Positions 34,806-44,257 of a stretch of 64,000 bases of DNA are shown here, one piece after another. Where the stretch lies: contig JAFVWS010000035.1 in assembly GCA_017501545.1 (NCBI GenBank), positions 75,408 to 139,407 on the forward strand, read 5' to 3'. The notes beneath the pieces are model-generated. The model had not been told where the DNA came from, did not search any database, and saw only the letters and a list, made by a program, of their open reading frames with translations. Numbering within the stretch: the stretch's first letter is position 1; each line of letters begins with the position of its first letter. The position numbers and the translations under genes are program-made. Origin of the DNA: Clostridia bacterium. Lineage in GTDB: Bacteria; Bacillota; Clostridia; Oscillospirales; CAG-272.

Positions 34806-34831
34806 TAAATAAAAAACGAAAGAGGTATTTT

Positions 34832-37147
34832 ATGATAAAAGCTTTGTTTAAGAAAAAAATCAAGCTACCAGCCGAGGCTAAGGCTATAATAAGTGAGCTT
34901 TTAGTCTTTTTCCTTGCGCTGATTATTACGCCCGTGCGCTTTGCATTTGGGATTTATCCATTTGGAATTGCACTTTGTGCAAGCACAAGGCGTCACACTC
35001 CATTTGCATTAGCAGGTGCTATCACAAGTATCGTTTTCTTTATGGATTTTAATATTGTCTACTTAGTTGCATTCCTTGCATTACTTGTCTTAAGGCTTCT
35101 TGCCTCGTTTTTAAAGAAGCCAGATAAATCACCACTGTTAGGTGAAAGGCGCACAAAGCACATCTTCAAGGAAATTTTTGAGGAAAACGTAATTTTCAAG
35201 GTGCTAATAGCGCTTAGCGTTTCCTTGGGAATTGGAATTTACTACGTAATTATAAACGGATACTTGTTTTATGACATTTTTTCACTTGTATTTTTTATTT
35301 GCGTATCTCCTATTCTTGCCTACCTGTTTATAGGTGCTTTTAATGGCAACACTAAGTCAAAAGCATTTCTAATTTCAATCGTTGCTATACTCTTCTCCCT
35401 TGCATATGCCCTAAGCGGTAAAGAGCTTGGAGGAATCGATTTTTCAATTGTAATTTCTCTTGCCTTGACTCTTTATGTTTCTAAAAACTCGTCAACTCTG
35501 TACGCATGTGTGCTTGGCTTAGTGCTTGGACTGGCAGGCGAGCCAAGCTTTGCGCCAGTTTACGCCTTGTGCGCGCTTGTTGCTGGACTTTTATGGCGTG
35601 TTTCGTCTTATCTTGCCATTATGTGTGGCTTTATTGTTTCAATGGGATATGCTATTTTTGTAAGTGGCTATGAGGCCATTGCCTACCTTGCGCCAGAGGC
35701 TCTTGGTGCTTCCTTGATTTCCTACCCTATTTTGCGTTTTGAGCTAATTCCAAGGCCTGCCTTTTTAGACGCTAACGAATCATCACGAGAAAGCGCCAAG
35801 GAGCTTGATTTAAAAAAGCAAAATGAGCAAAGCCGACACAGCCTTGAAAATATGGCGCACGCATTTGGCGACATTTCAAAAATTTTCTATGACGTGTCAA
35901 AAAGAACAAGGGTGCCGACAAGAAGTGAGCTTGAAAGGACCTGCCTTGAGGCGTGCGAAGCATACTGCTACTCCTGTCCTAAGGAGGAAATTTGCTGGAA
36001 AAAGGACGTGCCAACAACAGAAACAAGCATAAAAAGCATGAGCGAAAATGCATTTTTCCTTGGGAAGGCAACAAAAAGCACGCTTGACGAAAGGTTTTTG
36101 CACCGTTGTCCAAACGTGGATAAAATTATCAATCGAATTAACAAAAGGACTGAGTCGTTTTTTGAGGGTGGCATCAAAAACGACAAGCTTGAAATTAGTG
36201 CAAGTAGCTTTGAGTTAACCTCGAAAATTCTGCACTCAGCATCAACTGATGGGATTGAGGACGAAATGAAAAACAAGGACCTTGCTAATACTCTTTCAAA
36301 GCGTGCCTCTCTTCTTGGCTTAGTCTATGATAAAATCGAGGTCTTTGGTGGCAGAAAGAAGCGCATTTTAATCGTCGGGGTTGACACGTTGCGCAGTGGC
36401 ACGCTTCCAAGTGAGCTTTGTGCGTCCTTTGAGGAGGCGCTAAAAATCAAGCTTTCCGAGCCGATTATTTCATATGCCGACGATACTGCCACGATTGAAA
36501 TAAATGAGCTTCCACCATATAAAATCACCTCAAAAATTGCGTCCGTTCCTCTTGACCCAAGCGCAAACGGTGACAGCGTCCTCACCTTTAAAAACGACTT
36601 TGACAAGGAATATTTTTTAATTTGCGATGGCATGGGCAGTGGCGAGAGTGCAAGCATTACCTCAGGCATGTGCGCCTCATTTTTGGAAAAGCTTCTTAGC
36701 GTTACAAAGGAAAAGGAAATTGCAGTTTCTATGCTTAATAACTTTGTTAGGGCGAAAAATAAGGAGTGCTCCTCAAGCATTGATTTACTTGAGGTTGACG
36801 TGGCTTGTGGTGAGGCTTCATTCTTAAAAAGTGGTGCTGCACCATCGTTTATCAAGCGTGGCTCACACGTGTTTAAGCTTTCGTCCAAAACTGCCCCTAT
36901 TGGAATTATGAAAAGGCTTGACTCAGAAAAATTATCCTTTACCTTTATGCGTGGTGATATTTGCATTATGCTAAGCGATGGCACCTTGGATGGCAAGAAA
37001 AATCAGGATGCATCCTTTATTGTTTCATATCTTGAGGAAAACGAAAATACTGACCCTGAAAAAATTGCAAACGATATTATTTCTCTTGCGCGTGAGGCAG
37101 GGGCAAAAACGGATGATATGAGTGTGCTCGCCTTGAAATTTGAATAA
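34832..37147 (+). CDS. spoIIE: Stage II sporulation protein E (polytopic membrane PP2C phosphatase)
   Basis: About 10 N-terminal TM helices are followed by a central regulatory region and a C-terminal PP2C domain (FLICDGMGSGESAS...DDMSVLALKF). The length is 771 aa. Confidence 0.85.
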   Translation: MIKALFKKKIKLPAEAKAIISELLVFFLALIITPVRFAFGIYPFGIALCASTRRHTPFALAGAITSIVFFMDFNIVYLVAFLALLVLRLLASFLKKPDKSPLLGERRTKHIFKEIFEENVIFKVLIALSVSLGIGIYYVIINGYLFYDIFSLVFFICVSPILAYLFIGAFNGNTKSKAFLISIVAILFSLAYALSGKELGGIDFSIVISLALTLYVSKNSSTLYACVLGLVLGLAGEPSFAPVYALCALVAGLLWRVSSYLAIMCGFIVSMGYAIFVSGYEAIAYLAPEALGASLISYPILRFELIPRPAFLDANESSRESAKELDLKKQNEQSRHSLENMAHAFGDISKIFYDVSKRTRVPTRSELERTCLEACEAYCYSCPKEEICWKKDVPTTETSIKSMSENAFFLGKATKSTLDERFLHRCPNVDKIINRINKRTESFFEGGIKNDKLEISASSFELTSKILHSASTDGIEDEMKNKDLANTLSKRASLLGLVYDKIEVFGGRKKRILIVGVDTLRSGTLPSELCASFEEALKIKLSEPIISYADDTATIEINELPPYKITSKIASVPLDPSANGDSVLTFKNDFDKEYFLICDGMGSGESASITSGMCASFLEKLLSVTKEKEIAVSMLNNFVRAKNKECSSSIDLLEVDVACGEASFLKSGAAPSFIKRGSHVFKLSSKTAPIGIMKRLDSEKLSFTFMRGDICIMLSDGTLDGKKNQDASFIVSYLEENENTDPEKIANDIISLAREAGAKTDDMSVLALKFE

Positions 37148-37186
37148 AACAAAAATACACCTCATATATTTAATCGAGGTGATTTT

Positions 37187-37678
37187 ATGAAAAGGCTTGC
37201 TTTTTTCCTTATGCTTTTATGTACCCTGTGTTTTTTGGGGTGCCAAGGTCAAAATTACGACATTCTTTCCTATCAAAATAAAAATATAAGCGCAATTTGT
37301 ACTCTAAACGACGAATACAAAATCAAGGTTGAAAGAAAAAACGATTTAAGCAGTGTTTCCTTTTTAGAGCCAAAGGAGCTAAAGAGTGTGATATTTACTT
37401 TAAAAAATGACGAGTTAAGCGCCTCGGCTGGTGAGGTTAACATTCCTCTTTCCAAAGAAAATGCTGACGGAATTTATGCAATTTTAAATATGTTTTCCCT
37501 TGACACAGCCACAGTTAAAACTGCCAAGGATGACGGCGAATTTGACGTGTTAGAGTTTGATACCGAAATAGGACTTTATACCCTTTTGATGGGAGAAAAC
37601 AATTTACCAAGCAAGATTATAATTTCGGGGGATGGGTATTTTTTCGAAATATTAATTGATGAAATTTCTCTTTCATAA
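37187..37678 (+). CDS. Hypothetical lipoprotein (163 aa)
   Basis: Signal peptide with lipobox (CFLGC). No family recognised. Confidence 0.55.
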   Translation: MKRLAFFLMLLCTLCFLGCQGQNYDILSYQNKNISAICTLNDEYKIKVERKNDLSSVSFLEPKELKSVIFTLKNDELSASAGEVNIPLSKENADGIYAILNMFSLDTATVKTAKDDGEFDVLEFDTEIGLYTLLMGENNLPSKIIISGDGYFFEILIDEISLS

Positions 37679-37714
37679 AACGAAAAAGGAGTGTCGTTTG
37701 ACACTCCTTTTTAA

Positions 37715-38659
37715 TTATCTTTTAAGGCTTAAAGCAATTTTTACCTTTTCGCAAATTCCCTTTGCGTTTAAGCCATAGTATTCAATAAGCTCCTTTGCTG
37801 GACCACTCTTACCAAACACATCGTTTACGCCGTGCTTAACTACTGGCACTGGGTAATTTTCACCGATTGCCTCAGCAACTGCGCTACCAAGACCACCGAT
37901 AATATTGTGCTCCTCGCTGACAACAACTGCGCCAGTGATTTTTGCATCATCAACAATAGTCTTTACGTCAAGTGGCTTAACCGTGTGGGCGTTGATTACG
38001 GATGCTGAAATGCCATTTTCAAGAAGCATTTTTCTTGCCTCAAGCGCCTCGTAAACCATCATTCCGTTTGCTACGATTGTAACGTCCTTACCCTCGGCAA
38101 GCTTGATTGCCTTGCCTATTTCAAACTTGTAATCATCGTTGTCATTAAAGATAGGAAGTGCAAGTCTGCCAAAGCGAATATATACTGGACCATTATAGTT
38201 TATTGCTGCCTCAACTGCGCATCTTGCCTCAACTGCGTCACTTGGGTTGATTACAACCATACCAGGGATTGTACGCATCAGGGCAATGTCCTCGTTGCAT
38301 TGGTGAGTTGCACCATCCTCACCTACTGAAATGCCTGCGTGTGTTGCGCAGATTTTTACGTTTAGGTGTGGGTAACCGATTGAGTTTCTTACCTGGTCAA
38401 AGCTTCTGCCCGCTGCGAACATAGCAAAGGTGCTTGCAAATGGGATTTTTCCACAGGTGGAAAGGCCGGCTGCAACTGAATACATATTGTTTTCTGCAAT
38501 ACCGCAGTCAAAAAATCTCTCTGGGAATTTTTTCTTAAATATACAAGTCTTTGTAGCCTCGGCAAGGTCTGCATCAAGCACTACAATGTTTTCGTACCTT
38601 TCACCAAGCTCAGCTAATGCATTACCATAGGCTTCTCTTGTTGCAATCTTGTCTGCCAT
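37715..38659 (-). CDS. Transketolase, C-terminal (pyrimidine-binding) subunit
   Basis: It has the split-transketolase architecture, with FDCGIAENNM and HAGISVGEDGATHQ motifs. Its ATG overlaps the stop of the N-terminal subunit gene by 1 nt. Confidence 0.9.
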   Translation of the reverse strand: MADKIATREAYGNALAELGERYENIVVLDADLAEATKTCIFKKKFPERFFDCGIAENNMYSVAAGLSTCGKIPFASTFAMFAAGRSFDQVRNSIGYPHLNVKICATHAGISVGEDGATHQCNEDIALMRTIPGMVVINPSDAVEARCAVEAAINYNGPVYIRFGRLALPIFNDNDDYKFEIGKAIKLAEGKDVTIVANGMMVYEALEARKMLLENGISASVINAHTVKPLDVKTIVDDAKITGAVVVSEEHNIIGGLGSAVAEAIGENYPVPVVKHGVNDVFGKSGPAKELIEYYGLNAKGICEKVKIALSLKR

Positions 38660-39507
38660 TAGTTGTTACCTCCCAAGGAATTTTTGTAAGCTGTAAGCTC
38701 TGAAACTGCAATATTATATTGCTCCTCATTTGGAGCCTTGCCATGCCATGAGGCTTGGTTTTCCATAAATGAAACGCCCTTGCCCTTTATGGTTTTTGCC
38801 ACGATTACGCTTGGCTTGCCCTTGGTCGCCCTTGCATTTTCAAGCGCGCCAAGAATTTCTTCAATATTATGTCCATCAATTGTGATTACGTTCCAGCCAA
38901 AGGCAAGAAGCTTGCTTTCATAAGGCATAGTGTTCATAACGTCTGACACCTTACCATCAATTTGCAAGCCATTATTGTCTATAATTAGACAAAGGTTGTC
39001 AAGCTTATAGTGTGCGGCAAACATAATTGCCTCCCAAACCTGACCCTCTTGGCTTTCGCCATCACCGATAAGGGTATATGTACGATAATTTTTGCCGTCC
39101 ACCTTGCCTGCAAGCGCCATACCACAAGCGCATGAAAAGCCTTGTCCAAGTGAGCCGGCTGACATATCAACGCCCTTAATCGCCTTCATATCAGGGTGTC
39201 CCTGTAAAAGTGCGCCTGTGTGTCTGAAGCTTTTTAATTCCTCTGCTGGGAAAAAGCCCTTAAGTGCAAGTGCAGAATAAAGACCTGGGCAGGAATGTCC
39301 CTTTGAAAGGACAAATCTATCGCGTCCCTCCCACTTTGGGTTATTTACATCAACATTAAGCTCGCTAAAGTATAAGCACGCAAGGATATCAGCTGAGGAA
39401 AGTGCGCCACCTGGGTGTCCACTTTTTGCATTATAAACTGCCTCAACTGCACCAAGACGGATATCAGTTGCGATTTTTTTGAGTTCTAAAATCTTTTGCT
39501 TGTCCAT
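38659..39507 (-). CDS. Transketolase, N-terminal (TPP-binding) subunit
   Basis: GHPGGALSSADI, LSKGHSCP and GDGESQEGQVWEA motifs are present. Confidence 0.9.
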   Translation of the reverse strand: MDKQKILELKKIATDIRLGAVEAVYNAKSGHPGGALSSADILACLYFSELNVDVNNPKWEGRDRFVLSKGHSCPGLYSALALKGFFPAEELKSFRHTGALLQGHPDMKAIKGVDMSAGSLGQGFSCACGMALAGKVDGKNYRTYTLIGDGESQEGQVWEAIMFAAHYKLDNLCLIIDNNGLQIDGKVSDVMNTMPYESKLLAFGWNVITIDGHNIEEILGALENARATKGKPSVIVAKTIKGKGVSFMENQASWHGKAPNEEQYNIAVSELTAYKNSLGGNN

Positions 39508-39643
39508 TTTGCTCTCCTTTAAGCCAAGTGAGTTCCTTGGCGTATATTACATATACACCATTTTAGCATTTTTAAAGCTTAATGTCAATATTATTTAAGA
39601 GGTAAGTTTTGCTGTTTTTAGATGAGGTAATACGAGAGAAATG

Positions 39644-40528
39644 CTATGAGGCTAATCGCTGATTTGTAACATAAACCTTGAATTTTTGCAAATAATCAAT
39701 TTTCTTGATAATGCCACCACGGTGCTCATCCACTACCCACGAAAAGCTTGAGTACATTTGAATAATGCCTGAGGTGATATACATCACAATTTGAAGGGTG
39801 TTCCAAATAAGCACTGCTGGATTTATTTCACTTACGAAGGTAACGCCAAAGTAGCCAAAAATCACAGCCATCACAACGCGTGAAAGTGCATCTGAAAGGT
39901 TTTTCTCTCTTGCGTATTCTCTTTTGCTTTTTCCAAAGTCAAAGGGGTTATTTTCCTTGACTCCGTCACACGTTAAGGCGCTTGGAGTTAAGTGCTTGAT
40001 TTTTAAATTTGATGCCTTGTCGTACGCCCTTTTTCTTTTGAAATTTTCAAAAATCATTTTGCGCTTTTTTCTGCCCTTAGCGCCCTTTATTTCCTCGTCG
40101 GAATATAATTCATAGCTTGATGAGCATAAAATGCCCTCGCTATCAAAAAAGTCATTATAATGCAGTCCTGCAGTGGCTAAGATTTTGCGTCTTAACGAGG
40201 AAATTGCACGCTTATTTTCCATTTCGCAAAAATCCTCAAGCTTGTCAACGTAAGGGGAAATTTCCTCTATGCTTTTTGAATATAGCTGTGCAGTTTTAAT
40301 TGTCCTTTCGTCGCTTTCTCCCTTGTTAATTCCTATAGAACGGAAAACGCCGTTAATAAGAAGCCCGACAAGCATACTGATTACACCCGTGGCAATTATC
40401 TCGCCAACGCTTTTTCCCGTCTTTGAAATAAGAATAAAGCTTCCACCTATGTAAACAAGGGAAATTAGGACTACTGCAATATAGCCTGCGTTTTTATATA
40501 ATGCGTCAAAGAGTGTGATTTTTTTCAT
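39644..40528 (-). CDS. Membrane protein (294 aa), last gene of the island
   Basis: Two N-terminal TM helices, a basic/charged central region (GAKGRKKRKMIFENFKRKR) and two C-terminal TM helices. No family recognised. Confidence 0.55.
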   Translation of the reverse strand: MKKITLFDALYKNAGYIAVVLISLVYIGGSFILISKTGKSVGEIIATGVISMLVGLLINGVFRSIGINKGESDERTIKTAQLYSKSIEEISPYVDKLEDFCEMENKRAISSLRRKILATAGLHYNDFFDSEGILCSSSYELYSDEEIKGAKGRKKRKMIFENFKRKRAYDKASNLKIKHLTPSALTCDGVKENNPFDFGKSKREYAREKNLSDALSRVVMAVIFGYFGVTFVSEINPAVLIWNTLQIVMYITSGIIQMYSSFSWVVDEHRGGIIKKIDYLQKFKVYVTNQRLAS

Positions 40529-40529
40529 A

Positions 40530-40937
40530 TTATACCCGTCCAGAAATTGATTCTATTGCGCTTTTTACTGCCGACTCTGTTTTTTGGTAGGATTTTTTCT
40601 CCTTCTCTTTTCTTATAAAGATGCGTACAACTGCCGAAAGGATTTCTCCCACTAGTGCAAGCAAGGAAAAAACAACGATGTCAGAAATAATGCTTTCCAA
40701 AAGATATGAAAGAATCAAAAGCCCTGCAAAAAACGCAATTGAGCTTTTGATTTTCAAAAAGCCAAGAGCTTTTATTATCAAGATTGCAATTACAAAAATT
40801 GCGCCGAAAAGAAGCTTTATTCCCTCTGGCACGCTTCTTATATACCTATCGTGATTTACTATAAAGTAAATCAAAACTGGCAAAACGCTAAAAAGCACGC
40901 TAAGAATATATAAAAGTGGTAGCTTCATTCTTTTCAT
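40530..40937 (-). CDS. Small polytopic membrane protein (135 aa), holin-like in size and topology
   Basis: Four hydrophobic helices and a charged C-terminal tail. It lies 1 nt from the next gene. Confidence 0.5.
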   Translation of the reverse strand: MKRMKLPLLYILSVLFSVLPVLIYFIVNHDRYIRSVPEGIKLLFGAIFVIAILIIKALGFLKIKSSIAFFAGLLILSYLLESIISDIVVFSLLALVGEILSAVVRIFIRKEKEKKSYQKTESAVKSAIESISGRV

Positions 40938-40939
40938 AA

Positions 40940-41521
40940 TTATTCCTCCTTACAGCTAAGCCTTTCGCACTCTGCCAAAAGTCCACTAATCTTGGCGCCG
41001 TTTCCACTCTTTATTACGTCCTTATTTTGGCTAAAGCCAAGGGACACCATTTTTCCTATATACGTACATTCTGTAATTAGCTTCTGGGTGGACTCTTCAA
41101 GCTCTATTAGTTGCTTTTCAAGACGAGGAATATCTGAAACTATTTTCTTTAATTCCTCTGCCTTTGCGTTTAAGTACTCACTCTGTGCCTTAAAGGACGT
41201 GTCGCGATTTTTCGCCTCTTTTTCAAAGGACTCCTTAGCGCTTCTAATCTTGGCAAGTGAGCTTCTGATGCCTGCCAAGGTCGCAAGTAACGCTGAAACT
41301 GAGGTTAAAACACCAACAATGACAGGTATGATTTTTTCCTTTATGTATTCCTTAATATCTGTTTTTTCCTCGCCGTTTTCCGCCTCGGACAAGCCACCTG
41401 CATCCGTTTCCAAGCTTTCGTCTGGCGTCACGTCGGTAGCAGACGCGCACGAGCGGAAGGCAAACAAAAAAACAAAGGTAAGGACCAAAGCAACTGAAAT
41501 TGTTATAATTAATTTTTTCAT
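40940..41521 (-). CDS. Bitopic membrane/coiled-coil protein (193 aa)
   Basis: N-terminal TM or signal segment, acidic linker, second TM (IIPVIVGVLTSVSALLATLAGI), then a coiled coil (EELKKIVSDIPRLEKQLIELEESTQKL). Confidence 0.5.
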   Translation of the reverse strand: MKKLIITISVALVLTFVFLFAFRSCASATDVTPDESLETDAGGLSEAENGEEKTDIKEYIKEKIIPVIVGVLTSVSALLATLAGIRSSLAKIRSAKESFEKEAKNRDTSFKAQSEYLNAKAEELKKIVSDIPRLEKQLIELEESTQKLITECTYIGKMVSLGFSQNKDVIKSGNGAKISGLLAECERLSCKEE

Positions 41522-41754
41522 TTTTCCTCCTTGAATTTTGGCACGATATAGCCGTTTTCTATTTCGTAAGAGATTATTTCGCCCTCGCCCTCAATTTCTA
41601 AAAGTGGGTACTTGCCCACCATTCTAAAATCATCGTATGATGGGTTGGTTTTCACTCTTCTCTTACCATTTTTGTCGGTATATTCAATTTTATTTTCGAG
41701 GTTTTTTTGTAGCTTTCCCTCGACCAAGCTATAAACGCTTTTATATGCAAGCAT
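41518..41754 (-). CDS. Small hypothetical protein (78 aa)
   Basis: It is translationally coupled on both sides, with a 4-nt overlap downstream and a 1-nt overlap upstream. Confidence 0.5.
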   Translation of the reverse strand: MLAYKSVYSLVEGKLQKNLENKIEYTDKNGKRRVKTNPSYDDFRMVGKYPLLEIEGEGEIISYEIENGYIVPKFKEEK

Positions 41755-43181
41755 TATTCTGCCTCCTTATAAATTAAACTTACTTCCGTATCTTTCTGCG
41801 CCACGCCCTCAATAATTTCACTCGTACGAGTATAGCCAGAAATGTGTGGCACAATGATTTGGTATTTTGAGCCAAGCCTTATAGTGTGTGATTTCGGACT
41901 TGAAATTTCAACACCGCTTTCGTCCAAATACCTTATTAAAAGCGCTCTCTTTTCTTCGTTTTCTTGGCTCATTGAATAGTAGGTTGCCGAAATTCCATTA
42001 GCGCCTATTCCCGAAGCGCTTAGCGTGCCATTTTTGCCACGAGGCACCAAGATGGAAAGCAGTGCTCTTCCAAGGTCGCTATTTGAAATATCATGTGTTA
42101 ATGCCACCCTTCTTTTTAAAAGAATTTTCATAGGACTTCCTGCTATATACAGGTTTCTTATCTGGTTTTTAAAAGCACTTGCCCTTTGAGCCATTTGCGA
42201 GTTTGTAAGGCCTGTGTCGTTTTGATCAGTTTTTATGTAAAGCTGCTTTGTGTTAATGCTAAATATATTGTCCTTTCTTGGTGGCGGATATGTCCAAGGC
42301 TCAAGTGGGAATCTTGTATTGTATCCAACGTTAGGTTCTGCTGCAACCGACAAGCTATACATAAAGAAAACGCCATATCCGGCAGTCATTGCTGAACCAT
42401 ATACACTTGTGCCCTCTATGCCATTATAGATCTTTTGATAGCTCCCCTCCTCGTAAATTACCGTTTTGCTTTTTAAATCCACCCTGAGCGAGTCAAACTC
42501 ACTCATAAGAAGTGTAACGGTTTTGTCAGCTAAGCTTATCTTTTTAGGAAGCTCAATTGTGCTTTTTTCGCCATCGACCTCAAGCGTTAATAGAATGCCA
42601 CTGTCGCCTGCATTTAAAATCGGCGTGTCTATTTCAAAGCAAATAGGCGCCACTGCTGAAAGAGAGTAGCCGTCCCAAAGCTCAATTAGCTCAGTTAGGA
42701 CGTGGACTATATCGCCGTTTTCGTCAGTTACGTCGTCACCCTGTATACCACCAACCATTAAATATGAATATTCCCCACCCGTGTAGCTACTAAGCGTGCC
42801 GTCCTCTGAAAGAAGAGGCACTGTGCTTGCAAAAAGCGGATTTGTACCGTCGCTTAGACTAACCGTTACGCCCAAGACCTGATCCGTTTCAAGAAGCGTA
42901 TAGGTCATATTAACGCCCACCCACTCGCTTGGCAATGGAATATAGTAGTAGCCTGCCACGCCTGCCGAGGAATAATTTGAGATGGTTTTAAAATATTCGC
43001 TCATATTTAAGCCTCTGTCCTCAATGGGCTGAGTTGTTTTGCCCTTGATTAAAAGTGTGCTAAGAGGCGCGCCTGCACTGTCAATAATTTCTATTTTATC
43101 CACACCCGTGGCTGTTCTAAGCGTGCCACTTATCGGATTATTAAAGATTAGGCGCCTTCTTGATAAGTCCTTTTTTCTCAT
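41754..43181 (-). CDS. Putative receptor-binding / tail-fibre-type protein with a C-terminal MucBP-like domain (475 aa)
   Basis: The C-terminal LLIRYLDESGVEISSPKSHTIRLGSKYQIIVPHISGYTRTSEIIEGVAQKDTEVSLIYKE fits the MucBP pattern (xYxDxxGxxI...G..Y......GY......G......V...Y). An ATGA overlap joins it to the upstream gene. Confidence 0.45.
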   Translation of the reverse strand: MRKKDLSRRRLIFNNPISGTLRTATGVDKIEIIDSAGAPLSTLLIKGKTTQPIEDRGLNMSEYFKTISNYSSAGVAGYYYIPLPSEWVGVNMTYTLLETDQVLGVTVSLSDGTNPLFASTVPLLSEDGTLSSYTGGEYSYLMVGGIQGDDVTDENGDIVHVLTELIELWDGYSLSAVAPICFEIDTPILNAGDSGILLTLEVDGEKSTIELPKKISLADKTVTLLMSEFDSLRVDLKSKTVIYEEGSYQKIYNGIEGTSVYGSAMTAGYGVFFMYSLSVAAEPNVGYNTRFPLEPWTYPPPRKDNIFSINTKQLYIKTDQNDTGLTNSQMAQRASAFKNQIRNLYIAGSPMKILLKRRVALTHDISNSDLGRALLSILVPRGKNGTLSASGIGANGISATYYSMSQENEEKRALLIRYLDESGVEISSPKSHTIRLGSKYQIIVPHISGYTRTSEIIEGVAQKDTEVSLIYKEAE

Positions 43182-44257
43182 TCAATTACCTCATAGTCAA
43201 CTGCTCCAACACGTGCAACCAAAGATCCTAAGACTCTTTTTATGCTTATTTCATAAAGCCTGCTTGATACTGGATAAAATGAGCCGTATAGCGTATCGTC
43301 ACCAAGAAAATATAGCTCATACGGTGCGTCAAGCACTGTGGCGCTTGCACCAGATTTAAAATTAATCAGCGCATCAAGGCATTGTGAGTCTGAAACGCTA
43401 AGGGTTAGCTCTGTTAGCGTGCCAAGATTATATTCATAGCCGTTTTCGACTAAAAGATTTGACCCACTATTTTCAATGGTAATTAGTGCGCTTTCCTTTT
43501 TAAGTAGCTCAGCCTCTGCTATCTCAATGCGTGCCTCGTGACTATTTAGCTCTGCCTCTAAGTCGTTTAATTCCTCTCTTTTGGCAAGGCGTGAGGTTTC
43601 AAGGCTTCCCTCGCTGGAAATAAGTCTGACCCCGCCTACAAAATAGCTTAAATCTGGGTATAGTGCAAGCTCACCACTTGCGATTTTCTCGCTATCAAGG
43701 GCTATATCGTCATCTCTTTTTTGAATATTTACGTTAAAGACCGTAAAGTCAGGGGATGCTGGGTCGGCAATTAGATATATGTCGCCAACGCCAGCCTCAC
43801 CTCCACCATTAATATAGTCAAGCATTTCAATTACGTCATCAAAGGTGGAAACACGGCTTTTTCCACTGGCAAGGGCAAGCGCTAACTCGTTTTGCGCCTT
43901 AAGCTCGCTTAGCCTTTGGCTAAGTGCTTGATAACTTGCGCTTATTTTATCTCTTATATCACCATGGGAGGTGTCAAGCTGGTCGTGCTGTGCAATTTGG
44001 CTAACTATCGCCTCACCAAGTGACGTGTCCTTCTTTTGAAGCTCTGAAATTATCCCCTCATACTCATTAAGAAGCGTGTTTATTTCGCCCATATGCAAAT
44101 TGATTTTTTCTGCAAGAGTACGAATGAAATCGTAAAAGTATTTTTTTATTTGTGTTGCCCTTTGTCCAAGTGAGGCTGGTGAGTCTGCCAAGGAATAGGG
44201 CGAATGTAAAATAACCTCAGTTATTTCCTCGTTTGTTAGTTTGAATTTCTCACTCAA
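43178..44257 (-). CDS. Coiled-coil fibre-like protein (359 aa)
   Basis: TTG start with ggaggg upstream. It has long heptad-like stretches (ELKAQNELALALAS and LNDLEAELNSHEARIEIAEAELLKKESAL). The N-terminal SLGQRATQIKKYFYDF resembles prophage tail-fibre N-termini as I recall them. Confidence 0.4.
   Translation of the reverse strand: MSEKFKLTNEEITEVILHSPYSLADSPASLGQRATQIKKYFYDFIRTLAEKINLHMGEINTLLNEYEGIISELQKKDTSLGEAIVSQIAQHDQLDTSHGDIRDKISASYQALSQRLSELKAQNELALALASGKSRVSTFDDVIEMLDYINGGGEAGVGDIYLIADPASPDFTVFNVNIQKRDDDIALDSEKIASGELALYPDLSYFVGGVRLISSEGSLETSRLAKREELNDLEAELNSHEARIEIAEAELLKKESALITIENSGSNLLVENGYEYNLGTLTELTLSVSDSQCLDALINFKSGASATVLDAPYELYFLGDDTLYGSFYPVSSRLYEISIKRVLGSLVARVGAVDYEVIE

Noticed and set aside
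36325-36996. 223-aa minus-strand ORF inside spoIIE
   Set aside because: It is antisense to the conserved PP2C domain of SpoIIE, has no start context, and is a typical shadow ORF.
40992-41534. 180-aa plus-strand ORF opposite 40940..41521
   Set aside because: It is a shadow ORF on the antisense strand of a translationally coupled operon, and it has no RBS.
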